DNA from: Octopus sinensis | Lineage: Eukaryota | Reading direction: 5' to 3' | DNA: 64,000 bases | NCBI RefSeq assembly: GCF_006345805.1 | Contig: NC_042997.1 | Location: 7,874,001-7,938,000, forward strand | Shown here: positions 23,801 through 37,744 of the stretch, piece after piece | Layout: each line of letters begins with the position of its first letter | Position numbering within the stretch: position 1 is the stretch's first letter | The notes under the pieces: model-generated | The model's database searches: none | Told to the model about the DNA's origin: nothing | Seen by the model: the letters and a program-made list of their open reading frames with translations, nothing else | Translations under genes and position numbers: made by a program

Positions 23801-26573
23801 CTCTAAAATTTCTCTATAGAGGGTGTGCTTGCGTTTGTGTTTGTGTGTACGTGTGTGCGTGTGCGCGTATATGTATGTAAAATATATATGTATATGTATG
23901 TGTAGAGATATATATGTACATATATAATGCACACATATATATATGTATACATATAAGTCTTTATGTATGTATTTCTCTCTCTTTCTCCCTGTGTATATAT
24001 AGATATATATATATATGTGTGTGTGTGTATGTATATTTACGCGTGTGTGTGTAATAATATCGTGTGTGTGCGTGTGTTATAATGCGTTGGATTTGATTAT
24101 TTGATTATAGCATTGATGAGCCCGAAGGTAGGAAGTGATTGGTGGAATTTTATTGGTTTTCTTAATTGTGATTTAGATGGTAGACGACATAATTCATATC
24201 ATGTTAAGGTCGATAACATTAGAACCGAACCATTTCAAATTCTGTTTTTGGCTTTTTTTGAATTAGATTGTTTTAACCCTGGGTCTCAAAATTAACACTC
24301 TGAATCCGCATTAAGATTCTAATTAGGAGACAGCTTCCTCTGATTCTCCTCCTTTGTAATGGCATTTATATCCAAAACAATGGAATTTGATTGGTTGCTA
24401 AGTACATTTTCCTTATCTGTCAACAATAGTCAATACTATACATATGCGCTTGCAATACAAATCCTCACACACTTACATAAGACACATACGCACACATTTC
24501 TGTGTACGTGTGCGCGCACGTTTGTATTTTAGTATCGGGAAAGAAGAAGACAAAACAGTAAAAGAAGGGGCAGAGAGAAAGATCGTGGAAATGTTTAAAA
24601 AACACATAAAAATAGAAATGACATAAAATAAGTGATGTATAAGATAAAAAATAAATCAGTAAATGATAATGAAGTTGGACTTCTATTTTAGTACTTGCAT
24701 TAAAACATTTGGCAGTCTTTACTCTAAATTTGGCAATTTAGAGAATAAAACACTTAACTGAACCAAAGTCGAGAGATGTCAGTAGCAAGTTTTTGATATT
24801 GTGACCGTAACTTATAATTAAATTCTCTGTCAGAAAATGATGTTAAATTCTCAGACTTGAATCATATAGTTTATACCGAACGCGGAACTAAATCAATAGA
24901 AAAGGGGGGAAATAGTGATAAAGATGTTTTGTTAATGATTATTTCTTTATTTCGTTTCTTTTTCTTTGCTTTCGTATATATTTTACAGATAATTCCGGTA
25001 TTTGCTATTCTCAATTATTGCTAAATTCTGCAAGCGATTTCAGAAAAGATTTGGAATAGTAAAGGCAAGTTGATAGTTTTAAGATCCGTCTTATATCTGA
25101 TAAATTGCGATAGTCACAGACATATTCCTCCCGGTTTTGAGGAATCATCAGCCTGGAACACATGCATAAAGTTTCCACAATTGTCCATCACTCTGAACCA
25201 AATTTATAAATCAAGAATATATTTCTTATGTTCCTTATTCATTCCCAGATATTTCAATGGTTAAGAAATGCTGATTTCTTATTGCATGCTACTATTAACA
25301 CTATCATCTCAACCCTAGAACTTACACGGAAACTGAAATCCAAAGAATAGGTTCATTTGAAGGTTAAAACACTGACATATCCACAATTGTCGGTATCCAA
25401 AATTTAATCAAGCTACATATTACTCATTGTAAGAAATTCTTAATTTAAACTTCTGATTATCACCAGGGTACAGTGCACTTATGATAATAAAACGGCTAGA
25501 CACATTGCTATCCGACGTGTGTGGCAGAATGGTCCGGAGAAAATGATTGAAAATTAGCGATTACTTGAAATTATCACCATCATACTACTTTACAAAGACA
25601 CGATTTCGATTTCAGGTCTGAATTCATTTTGTCGCTGAGTTTCGCGGCAGTATTTTCGGAACCGATTACTGCAAACAGCAAAGATTTCAAATTTTAGTTA
25701 CTTTCCCTAATCCTCCTTCTTCATGTCTGTATTCATTTTTTGACAGAATTTTGAGCCAGCATTTTCGGCAAAGTAGATTTCAAATTTTAGTTACTCTCGT
25801 CCTGCTTCTACAGTGTTACTACCCCAACAGACACAAGAGAGTAGTTATTCAAAATTTTTTCATGATTATAAGAACAATGTATTGCTATTTATTGCAAATA
25901 ATTTTATTGGAGAAAAAATTTTTAGCATTTAATTTTGGAGAATCACATAAACTGGAGGATAGTGTCAGGTGAGAATACGGCACGGTTTTAGTATTATTAA
26001 TTTCACTGTGGTTACAACATAGAAAGTAAATTTCATGAGCTCTAATACGCTCAAGGTTTTGGAAAGGAGAAGAATACGGTTCAAGACCGGCGTTTCGTCT
26101 AAATCAATAGATTTATCAACAGATGAAAACTTCGTTCTCTCAAACGATATATTAGTCATCAAAGTCAACATCCTATTCCACTGATGGCATGTGGATTTAT
26201 TCGCAATTATGAGCTTTTGCATACTCAGATCCCTAATTGCTTTCTCAGTGTCTGCCTTTTAAAGTATCATTAACATATATGTTGGGTTTCTAAAAATAGC
26301 ATATAATGCTACCAAATTTCTGAAGACTGTAAAAGTAATTGCTATTGGAGCGAAGGCCTGACGTTAACAAGTCAAACACCCAGGAGAGTATTCAATTAAG
26401 TTGTAAATCTTCTAAATTTTATATAATTAATGATGGTAAATAAACCATGAACGCCACATGTGAATATTATTCGAAATGTAATAATGATACAGTTAACATC
26501 CCATTGACACTTTTGATACAAAAGTTGAAAAGTTTGACAACAGTTGTTAATACGTGAATATTTATGATGAATC

Positions 26574-26897
<324 letters not shown>

Positions 26898-27038
26898 TAT
26901 ATATATATATATATTATATATATATATATTGGCCTTCTCGCTTAGCCAGCGGGGTGGCGTCATTCGAAGGCTAAAACAATGCGAACGCATTGTGACCAGC
27001 GATGTGTAGCTACATCTGATGGACTGGTCGGTCACGTG

Positions 27039-27074
<36 letters not shown>

Positions 27075-27159
27075 CAAACATACATACATACACACATATA
27101 TATATATACATATGTATGTATATATAACTAAATAAATATATATATATATATATAAATAC

Positions 27160-27520
27160 TAAATGGGACAAGAACGCAAAACATCCAGATAGACGATATA
27201 AAGAAAACAAGGACGGGTCCATCGGAGTTTTCTTTCCTCAGTCAGGTCCAGATTATCTTTGCAATTTCGGCTGGTTATACTCGAGATTGCTCCAATCTGG
27301 CCAGCTCCAAGGAAAAACTAACCTAAGAAACATTAGATTCCTTGGAAGAAAGCGGCCAATGTATACGAAAACAAGGACGGAAAAAGAACGGAGAATGTTA
27401 CACAAATACAAATAAGAGGACATAACAACAGGTCTCTCTCCACTAAGGACGAACTAAATTAAGCTAGCTTGTGTGTAAGTAAAGCGTTACGGCAGGGATA
27501 CAATATTTCTAAGACACAGG

Positions 27521-27525
<5 letters not shown>
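27160..27525 (-). mobile_element. (TA)n-flanked repeat family F3, copy 2
   Basis: Homologous to 15545-15965; (TA)n on both sides. Confidence 0.6.
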
Positions 27526-27562
<37 letters not shown>

Positions 27563-28742
27563 CCTCTTATGTTGATATCTCACTGAGAATGTGAATAAGT
27601 GGCACAGTAATGTTCCTACCAGCCACTATATTTTACCCTTGAATTATCGTTCTGCTTGTATCCCTTAGTAATTTTCAGCATATAGAAAGAATATAAAAAA
27701 ATAAACAAATAAACCTACCCACAATTTTCCATTGGACCACACACGTATCTGTTCTAACATTTATGCTTGTATATGAATGTAAGTTTCTCAACACATGTGT
27801 GAGTTCCTGTTTGTGTGTGTTAGCGCTATATGCGAATATGCTATGCATGGAATCTGCATATAGAAAATGTCCTCTGATTTGTAGAATAACATTTGTTTTA
27901 ATACTCGAGTGTAATATCGCATTATCGAAAGGTAACTTAGCCTTTCAGCTTTTCAGAATTATATCATATTTCACAGTTCTGAGATAATTGACGGGAAAAA
28001 TGTTATTTGAATATGAATCCAATTTTCAGAAACGAATTTTCGATATACCAGAATTTAATTCGTATATCACATGAAGATCACTAGAAACCAATAACATGCA
28101 AGTAGTTATTACATTTTCCCTAAACATATCAAATTCCTAGTCTGGTTATTGTTCTACAATTTGCCATATTTCCTCAATCTTTCCTTTAGAGACATGTTGC
28201 CATTGATCTTCTCCAATATTAACATATGTTTCACGTTTCCAGAATTCAATTTAGGATTTTATACATATTTTTCCACAATGAAATGTTAACGATAATATAT
28301 AAACCATAGGAGTAACCGAACGTAAAAGACACTGATAAAACTACTACAAAGCTCGGGTTCTGTATCTTATAATCACAAGTTCGTTCCGCCTGTGATGAAT
28401 TAATAACATTTGTCAGCATTAATGAGATGAATTAACAAAAACAAGAATGATAACACTAAGCAGATTTTAATGTGCGCAGCTATAATTTCTGAAACTAAAT
28501 GTTCATGCTTTCTCTAATAAGTTACTATCATATGATTTGGCTGCTAAATTACACGTCCAGATCATTAAACATAAAAATACGAATCTGCACCTAAAACAGT
28601 AAGTTAATCTAGACCTTAATATATATTTTGTCGAATAATGTTTATTTTCTAGATGTTTTCCCCATAATATTTAATACCTTGTCCATTGAACTCATGCTTT
28701 GTCGCTGTTCCTAGTTCCACAACTGTTTCTTTTTTAAATATA

Positions 28743-29127
28743 TCTCTCTATATATAAACGGCAGTTTGTCTGTCTGCGTATTTGTGTGTCTGTTAGGTTG
28801 TACCCTCACCCTGACCACGGCTTTCAACCGATTCTGATGAAACTTGACACACACATAGCCCAATGTCGTAATTCAAAACTAACGCAGCGAAAATTTTGAA
28901 AAGTTCCCCCAGTTCTGAAAAAAATCGATAAATTCGACACGGGGTCGAGAATCAGAAATACAAACCACAGACTGTCTAGGGGACGCAACTTGACCATTTT
29001 AACTCTCAAAAAAAATTTACCATAATTTTTTTTTCCATTTTTTTGCTATTCTTTGGCTATAACTCTCTAAAAATGCTTTATAGTTATTTCCCTTACAAAC
29101 CCGAGCAACGCCGGGCGATACTGCTAG
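28743..29127 (+). mobile_element. Non-autonomous Helitron-like element, copy 2
   Basis: A|TC 5' end, CTAG|T 3' end, highly similar to 3481-3863. Confidence 0.75.
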
Positions 29128-29589
29128 TATATCATAAACGCGAGTTAACGGAAAATGTTTTCTAGATATCCATGCGCAAATCCCTATTATGATACTATTT
29201 CGAATAGTTACTATATAAATAAGGAGTACAGTTTGTATTGCGGATGTTTCTACTGTACCAATTTGTGCAACTTGATATTGATTGAAGTTAATGTTTATTT
29301 ACTTATTTCTGTCACTTTAAAGATGAAACTCGTCACACACAGGCAGTTTAGTCTTCTCGGAGATCTTTCGTTAAATCAACAACCACCATTGCCTTTACTG
29401 TGTAAATATGCCCCATTTGAGACTTCTGCAAACGATATAAGGAGCACTACAGCATTCAAGTCGGCTTTTGGTGGCTTTTTATTAGATTCAAGGTTCCTAC
29501 CGAGACACTTCGATGATTCAAGGATCCTTAAATTTCTTATACTGAAGAATTAGATTATGAACTACATATGCTACGTTATATCTGACACT

Positions 29590-29820
29590 CAGAGAGCTAA
29601 GGAGACTGTGGAAGACCAAGACAACAATTATTTCTGTAGTAATTTATGCACAAAATGCTGCCCACAGGATAGGTGTATGGAATTGAAACTTGCATGTTCG
29701 ACTTGCACAAACTTACCATCCTATATTCTGCAAAAATCCTAAAACATAATCTTGAGAAATATCAAGATAGAATACCTGCTAACTATATTAGCATGCACAA
29801 ATGTAATAATAATAATAATG

Positions 29821-29864
<44 letters not shown>

Positions 29865-29890
29865 TAATAATAATAATAATAATAATAAAT
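29590..29890 (+). mobile_element. R4/Dong LINE 3' end with (TAA)n tail
   Basis: RELRRLWKTKTTII...; 3' UTR homologous to 62030-62290; (TAA)n at 29805-29890. Confidence 0.75.
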
Positions 29891-29892
29891 GG

Positions 29893-30553
29893 GGAGGGGG
29901 ATGGTCAAGTGGTAATAGATTCCGTATGCGATGTATGCATTCGGCACCTACGCTGACCCTTTCAGGGACAGCTTCGCCTCGGACCATCTCTAGGTGAGAT
30001 TGGCCACATTACTTTGTAGGTCTGAAACAAACCAGATTCCGAGCAATTTAACCGGACTGCCTTTCCAGTGCCCGACACCGCTGTTGTACTGCATGAACTT
30101 GCCTCTCCAAGTGCGGAGTTGCAAGCCCACTGACTTTACTGCGTTAATTTTTGCTCCGGTCACCGCTTCATATTCTTGTAGTGTGTGGCCAATCGGGTCT
30201 ACATCCCTATAACTTGACACTATGACGGTGCCATCGTAAGCGTAAGTAGACATACTTCTCCCACATACTAGATCACGCGGGACACCCCTCAAAACCCCTA
30301 ACTTACGTAACAATGGCTGAAGACTCAGTGCATACTGAAGGGAGAAGAGACAGCGCCTTTGACGGACCGAACGCAAGATGCTGAATGGTTTGAAAAGATA
30401 ACCATTAACCCGAACAACCGAGCGGATTCCGCTGTACAAAGCAACGATCCAACCGCGGAAAACTGGACTGAAGCCGGCTGCTTTGAGTACTTTTGCCAAA
30501 TATTGATGATCTAAATTGATCTGAGCCCCACCCATACCAGCTTCATTACCCAC
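29893..30553 (-). pseudogene. L1/Tx1-clade LINE reverse transcriptase fragment
   Basis: INLDHQYLAKVLKAAGF...SVVRVNGY...SVRQ...AYD...YEAVTGAKINAVKS, then KLSLKG..VPNAYIA..YYHLTILP. Confidence 0.85.
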
Positions 30554-30569
30554 CCTCAGGTGTGGTTAG

Positions 30570-31700
30570 TGTCCTACGGGTGAGCAGCGTGGGCCTAGTC
30601 GTCATCAAGTAACTGCTAACTGAAGGTGGACGAAAGAAATGAATGTGGTTGTAATGGAGTGCTACTCTCTGGGTAATCCAAGAAATGATAATTAAGTGCC
30701 CGCTAGGGGATACAGGAAACGAATGCACAGAATATGGATCTACAGAGGCCTATTTGTATTAAGTGAACAAGATTTGTGTGACAAAGCTAGAGCCATCAGA
30801 AGGAATGATTAGTTGTTCCAGTTAAACTAGAAAGCATTAAGAGACTGGTGCCTACGGACTAGCGGTGAACGGAAGGGGGGGGGGGGGAAAATCGAGATAG
30901 TGAGATTATGGCTGTATAATTAAAGGAAAGCGATGAGAGAACCGAAGAATAGATATCTATTTTAAATGAAATCATTGATATTTGGACCTCTGGTGAACAG
31001 CGTTTTCATAACGGGTATGAGGAAGTAGACAGAAAGAAACTCAATGAATCGGTCAGGAAGATAAATGATATCACTGGTGATATCAGGACTGACAACATCA
31101 CAGACACCAGCAATATGATAAACGTAATTTCGATCTTTATAGCCCTGAAGTTAGGTGTAAAAGTGAAAGGTAAATGTCAATATAACCTGAGGGAACCATG
31201 GTGGAAAAGGAAAATAGCGCAGTCTATTAACGAGACCAGGAAAACATATTAATATTCAGAAATGGAAAAAAAAGAAATGAAGTCAGCGAGAGAAAGGAAA
31301 TCGGTGTTTTGATTGCGGAATTAAAACAGGGGTTGAAAACTAAAGAACATAAACTAAAGCGATGGACGAAATACTGAGTAGTGATATTCAAGTACCAGCC
31401 TGGATGACAAAAGGAAAAACGGCACTATTCCGGAAGGACCCACGTAAAGGGAATGTGGTTGGAAATTTCCACCCAATATCTTGTTTGCCACTGATGTGAT
31501 TATAGGCATCATATCAAATAGCATCTATAAGTAGTTAGATGAGAACGACCTACTACAAGAATAACAAATAGGATGTAGACGTAAAAGCAGAGAAACGAAG
31601 GATTAATTACAAACCGATAAGACTATCTTAGCTGACTGCAAGAAGAGACACAAAAATTTGGCGATGTCATGGGTGGCAAATAAAATGCTAACAGATCAAA
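30570..31700 (+). mobile_element. R4/Dong LINE remnant 1 (N-terminus plus RT part)
   Basis: KWTKEMNVVVMECY...GYRKRMHRIW...DKARAIRRN; NFHPISCLPLM; GCRRKSRETKD...ILADCKKRHKNLAMSW. Confidence 0.75.
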
Positions 31701-31929
31701 CTTCATCATCAAAGACCTAAGACAGAAAAGATGCCTTTTAATTGATATGACAGTGACTACTGATAGAAACACATTAGCAGAGGAATTTGAAATACTATGG
31801 TTAATAACGGTTGTAAAGAAACTGAAGCCATTGATGGTGATAGTTTTGCACCAAGCAGGCTAGATATACTGGTACAAATCAAGCTTCTCGTTATCCAGCA
31901 AGGGAACTGTACACACGGTATAGATGGAA

Positions 31930-32840
31930 CAAATAAGTCAATACTCTGCTCATGGAGTGTAACTACCCCAGCGACTCCGTAGACGAAAATAGTGTTCAAC
32001 GTAGGGGACACCGACATCGTATGTATGACCAAAGAGGATTGTTTCAATTCACAGGACAGAGATTATGTGATCAGGCTAGAGCGATAAGAAACAAATCGTT
32101 GGTTTACGGAAGTACAGGTCGAAGCTGTCAAAAGAAGAGTATAGGAAAACACCAGCAGAGGAAATGATGAAAATACGGTTCCTACTGATAAAAGTAATCT
32201 CATAGCAGAAAGGAACAGTTATATCTTGCTCGATGTGAGACATATAGATGGTCTGGAAGAAGACAATAAAATTAATGGTGGCATGACAGATGGGCAAAAG
32301 GCAATCTACGACAGAATAAAGGCAAGGCTACAAGAGAGTGATAGCAATCTAATCATCAATCTTAAAACAGTTGGTCGGTGGAAATTTAACCAAGAAACGA
32401 AAGATGTGAATGAAATTCTGAAATACATCAGACCCCCCTCCCCCCCCAAAAAAAAGCATCACAGAAACAAACACTTTGATTAAGTCAGCAAGTATTGTTG
32501 TAGCAGAAAATGTGGGTGTTGATGTCAATAAACATAAAAATAGTAGGAGTGTCCAAAGAAAATATCCATAGTTAAAATGAAGAATACAGGCGGGATTAGA
32601 TACGCTCTCGAAAGACATTAGAAAAATAGGAGGAGCTTAAAAGCCAACGAAAATACACGGAACTAAGCAGGAAGTATGATATTGAAAGAAAGGGCCTGAA
32701 AACGGTAATGGGGGAACTGAAACAGCGTCTCGTTGTAAAGAAAGCAAAGTTCGTAAGATACGAACAAAGAATGGAGGAATACCAGTAGAATAAGTTATTC
32801 AGAGAAGATCAGAAACTATTCTACAAAGAAATAAAAAGAA
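31930..32840 (+). mobile_element. R4/Dong LINE remnant 2 (N-terminal region)
   Basis: LMECNY...GQRLCDQARAIRNKS; DVNEILKYI; NKLFREDQKLFYKEI. Confidence 0.75.
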
Positions 32841-32844
32841 GAAT

Positions 32845-34400
32845 GTACAGAGGAAATCTTGGTCTCGCTGATAACCGCCACAATCCTAGTGAGTGAGCTG
32901 AGTGCTTTGAGTGAACGACATTGCTTCCAGGGCGACTCCAGGCCACGAGCATTTATATAGCCTACGATTAAACTCGCCATGGTGGTCGGAAAGAGTTCAG
33001 ACAAGGAGGTAAAATGTGGGACTACTCACCCACCAGGTGCTGCTGGAGGTCATGTGGTTCAACCTATATACTGGTTGGGTCTTCGTTTGGAACTCCCTTA
33101 AAATTCTGTTCCTGACTTTTACACCAGGTCTTTCTACATTGTGAGGGAAGCTCTAAAGATGTTCACGCTGTGAGGGAAGTTCTCGCTAATATTTCTGTTT
33201 CCAGCGGCATACGGACCTTCGTCAATGTTTTTGGCACTTGAACGGTGCGTAGACCTTACCATTCTCAATCGACGTCCTACCTTCTTGTTACGAGAGTCAT
33301 CAGTTCTTTGTTAGCCCTCGTAGAAACTTTTGTTTGCCTGGTTGGGTGTTGCTGTTGTGAGTGTTTCATTTTAGTGGGTTTCCGCGGTTGTGATAATACC
33401 GGTGGAGCCGGTTGTGACGGTCGTGGCTGTGTCGAGATTTGAAATGCTGCAGAGTTTGTTTTTGCATTAGGTGCTTCTGTGATTGCTGCGGACATGTGAT
33501 CGTTGCGAATATGATTCCTATGCTTTTGTTTGTGTTTGTTCATTTGAGGTATAATGATTTATCATGTTTTACTTTTGTCTTTTCTTTTGGTTTGGGGATT
33601 CTAAATTCGTGATGCAGGACTAACAGTATGTTTAGAATATGTGGTAAGGCAGAGAGAAATTGAAAGAGAGAGAGAGAGAGGGGAGTAGGGGGTTTCGTTG
33701 GAAGAGCACCTGCATCGTGTGCATGTCCATTATAATTCTTTCTCTTGTTGAAGGCAGTAGTGGTGGTCCACTTGCTGCTTGTGTTGTTAGTGTTGCTTGT
33801 TTTCCAGTTGTTCCTGGTGTTGACGTTCTTGTAGCAGTTACTGGCTTTGCTCTTGCTGTTCTTGATTTTGCTGTTGCTGCTAGGCTGATGCTGCTTTTGT
33901 TGTTGCTCGATGCTATTTAGTTGTGGCTTTTGGAGAATTGCTGATCGCAATAAGACATTCCTATGGTCCCTATCTTCTGTTGAGGGTAGAAAGCTCTCAA
34001 TTGACCGAAATTGTCACTCGGGTGGCAGCAAGACCATCTACTCTCAACTTTAGTATGCAGCTGTTTCCCTCCTGAAAACAAAATGAGATCTACGATCTTG
34101 TGTATCACGTCTGATTTTATGTAGAGTAACACCTTTACGTTTATCCAAGATCAGTTTTTACTATATGTTCCCTTCATATCCAAGAAGCTGTTCTTTAATT
34201 CCAATACCAAGCACGCTAAAACGCACCATACATTAACCTCGGGTTGAATACCAGAGATCTTCAATCTCACCGTCCTCCTTTCTGAATATGATGGAGGGAA
34301 AGCGGTTTTCCCTCTGGTCTGGCATGGAACCACAAAGTGTTTGTTGGCTAGAGATTGCTTCATTCTTAAAGAACACTGAAATGCCCTTAAATATCTAGGC
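32845..34400 (-). mobile_element. L1/Tx1-clade LINE 5' part: degenerate ORF1 plus start of the ORF2 AP endonuclease
   Basis: RRTVRLKISGIQPEV (ORF1-like), decayed CCHC-like SCCHPSDNFGQLRAFYPQ, Q/N/P-rich linker, then MASLIVGYINARGL...VAVISETK. Confidence 0.7.
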
Positions 34401-35194
34401 TCTTCACATATTCTGAATTATTGGTTTGAGCACTCCTTCCATGTCTATTTGGCTAGCCGTCGCCGGATGTTTTTTTCCTTAAGGAAACACCTTTTGTATA
34501 TTACGATCTTTCCGACCTATATAATAACAACATCAACAACAATATCAACATTAAATGCTAAAGCTACGGAACATTATAGGATGGAAATCCCGCACAAAGT
34601 CTTATGTCTGGTCCAAGCGGCAAAATTGGTCAAGTTTGAAATGTTTCGGTCTGACATAGGCACCCACCGACGTTCAGGGCAACATTTGTTTTTTGTTTTT
34701 CCTTCCATAAGGATTTTTCCTCTTGTAGAGGTAGTGATGGTGAAAGTGTTAATGGTGGTCGAACTTGTCACTTTTATTATGGTATGTCAAATTTATTGTT
34801 GGAATTAAATTCCTCTGTTGTGTTGATGGTAGTGCAGTTCACTGTGCTTTGAATCTGGTAAAAGTTCACCTCCCCTCAAACTGAGGGCTGAAAGCAGAGG
34901 ACGTTGATATTTATTGCAACTCATTATGAGAGTTACCTCTCACTTCCTCCTCCATGTTCCTGATCAGAGCGGACATCAACATGCTGCTTTTTAAAATTAT
35001 TTTTTGAAAACATATTAAAAATTTTCGTTTCAATTTTCAGCCTCCCAATGGGGCACAAGCAAACAAAACGAGCAAACATATGCAAAGCTGATGGTTTCAA
35101 CAAGCGTTTCAAAACAAAAATTTTAGAAATGAAGCACATTAGGAAAACACAAATAAAAGTATAAATTCTCCAGTAATACAACACGCACACTGTC

Positions 35195-35241
35195 AGTAGT
35201 AGTAGTAGTAGTAATAGTTGTAGTAGTAGTAGTAGTAGTAG

Positions 35242-35279
<38 letters not shown>

Positions 35280-35411
35280 ATACTACTACAACAACAACTA
35301 CTACAACAACAACTACTACTACTACTACAACTACTACTACTACTACTAATGATGATGATAATAATAATGATAATAATAATAATAATAATAAAAATAATAA
35401 TAATAATAATG

Positions 35412-35490
<79 letters not shown>
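35195..35490. repeat. Compound trinucleotide array (TAG)n(TAC)n...(TAA)n(TTA)n
   Basis: Directly visible, with two strand-inversion points. Confidence 0.95.
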
Positions 35491-35492
<2 letters not shown>

Positions 35493-35724
35493 AATGCCCT
35501 GATGCAGTAATCGGTAGTGGCTGTCATGGATTTTGATCTTAACGGATTGGAAGTGTTATCATGTACATTTTTTTTATTTTGTTCATTGGACACTTTGCAA
35601 TAAATATGGACTTGACAGTGCAAAAAAGTGGTAGGAACATATAAACCCGACGCATCATCGAAAATCATAAAACAAAGTTGATATATATGGCAGTTTAACT
35701 TGGGAGGTTAAGCAGTAGTGGTCG

Positions 35725-35990
35725 AGGGAAAATGTGGTAGTAGTACCAATAATTATTGGAGATCTGGGGACAGTGAGTAAAAATCTTTAGAGATACATGG
35801 AACAAATAGGGGCTGCACTAAGGGTGTTGCACTTGCAGAAAACAGCGTTGCTTGGAACCGTTCGAATATTCCAGATAGTGCACGAAAAATAAGGAGTGTT
35901 ACCTTAGTTCACTGGTAGCGAACAGCTGGCACCGTAGTACATCTCCAGCGTTTGAAGTTGTGCAAAGACAATAAATAATAATAATAAATG
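35725..35990 (+). mobile_element. R4/Dong LINE 3' end
   Basis: VVPIIIGDLGTVSKNL.RYMEQIG...HLQKTALLGT, then a short UTR and (TAA)n. Confidence 0.8.
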
Positions 35991-36554
35991 CCCTGATGGA
36001 GCAACTGGCTGTGGCTGTCCTGGACTTTGATTTTAAACTGATTGGAAGCGTTATCATGTACATTGTTTTGTCTTTGTATAAAAGATGGGTTACAGTAAAT
36101 ATTCTGCTCCTTAAGCTGTTGAGCATATCTTTTAGTGGCTAACTATATGTGCATATTTGATTACGAGCAGAAGTAGTGGGGAGCATGATAGCCATGTGTT
36201 GAGAGGGTATGTTTGGGGTTTGGAGACATGTGTGTTTTGTTCAACATCCTTAAACCACCCTCATTGAAGGACCTTTTGAGAGGGATTAGCTACTCGACCT
36301 GAAGAAAATTCTAACCAGGTCCCATTGCAAGGTTATGTGCTGTTAATCTTGATATGAGGTCACCATGTCGCGCACATATGTTTGTGATATATGTGCCTGT
36401 TGTACCCTTTCCAGCCGGGTAGTCATGATGGACATGTTGGGCTTCGTATATTTGCACCCCAGTGTCACTTTGATGGTATGTGCTGCTCTTTCACTCTATA
36501 ATAATTCAAATATTATAGGCAGGAGTAGCAAGATTATATCTACCTGGTAACGAA

Positions 36555-37470
36555 GGCTGAAAAGATTAGTATCAGTAGAAGACTGTGCGTAACTAGCTAG
36601 ATTAGATATATATTCCTATGTTGGTAATAGTGAAGAATGTTTATTAAAAGCTGCTGCAATCACAGCAAGAAATAGGGAAACCATATCACCAATGGAACAG
36701 AAAAATAACAAGAATGATATGACTGGTAGGAGAAGGCTTTGCATGGTAAATTCTCAAAGATATATGCAGAAAATAGTTTTAGTGCGACATGGTTATGCTT
36801 GCAGAAGGCGACAGAAGGTTTGTTAGTAGCTGCGCAAGATCAAGCATTAAGACGAAATGGATAAAAGCCAAGATAGACAAAACCCAGGTAACTTCCGAAT
36901 GTGGATTAAGCAAAGCAAAAGCGGAAATCTTTACTGATATGGGAAGTGAATGTAGCATTCTGGCATAGAAAGAATACTAGAAAAGACATGACAATCTAGG
37001 GAGAGTAACCCACTGGGAGCTATGTAGTAAGCTTGGATTTGAACATACTGATAAATGGTATGAACATGAACCTAGTAAAGTACTAGAAAGTAAGTAATAT
37101 ACGATGCTGTGGGACTTTAAGAGTCTGACTGACAAAGTAATAGAAGCTAGAAGGCTTTACTTAATTGTAGTAGATAAAGGAAATAGAAAGTGCCAGACAA
37201 TTGACTTTACAGTCGCAAATGATGAAGACATAAATATGAGAAGTATAGAGAAAATATCAAAGTACCAGAACCTAACTATTGAATTACAAAGACTATGGAA
37301 AGTACGGATAAAATGTATCCCAGTAGTTATAGTTGCATTAGAAACTATCCCTAAATATCTGAACAGATGGATAGAGGGAAAAAGGTATAAAACGCAGCTA
37401 AGTACAACTCCAGATAACAGTGTTATTAGGGACATGTAAGATACTTGGGCGGGTTCTTGGCATTTGAGGT
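36555..37470 (+). mobile_element. R4/Dong LINE C-terminal third (zinc-knuckle region and RLE endonuclease)
   Basis: GLLVAAQDQAL, KRHDNLGRVTHWEL, KWYEHEP, and ORF 37104-37439 MLWDF...IVVDK...IDFTV...EKISKYQNL..ELQRLW. Confidence 0.85.
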
Positions 37471-37744
37471 TACTTGTAATCAGATGTTAGGTTTTTTTTT
37501 TCTCTTCCAGCGGTGTAATCTGTTGAGTGTATATGGAAATATTAATGATGATGATGATGCAGCGGGCACTAGCCTTGAGAGCCGATAGACGTGATCTTCG
37601 CTGCTCTGACAAGTCAGCAGCCGAAAACACAGAAATAAAAGCACAACCCAGCAGAACAACTGGAAAGTAACTTTTAAAAACTGGAATATCTACAATTCCC
37701 TGTGAGTATTTAAAATTCCTTTCAAAATAAGGTTGAAAACTCAT

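Noticed and set aside
25645-25815. Short direct repeat around gatttcaaattttagttact
   Set aside because: Small local duplication with no further structure.
27265-27315. gctgg...ccagc-cgaaa as a hammerhead in F3
   Set aside because: No CUGANGA core upstream of the stem.
29155-29553. 132-aa ORF
   Set aside because: No recognisable motif or splice structure; lies between a Helitron copy and a Dong end.
35123-35668. 181-aa poly-I/S/T ORF
   Set aside because: Trinucleotide array translation.
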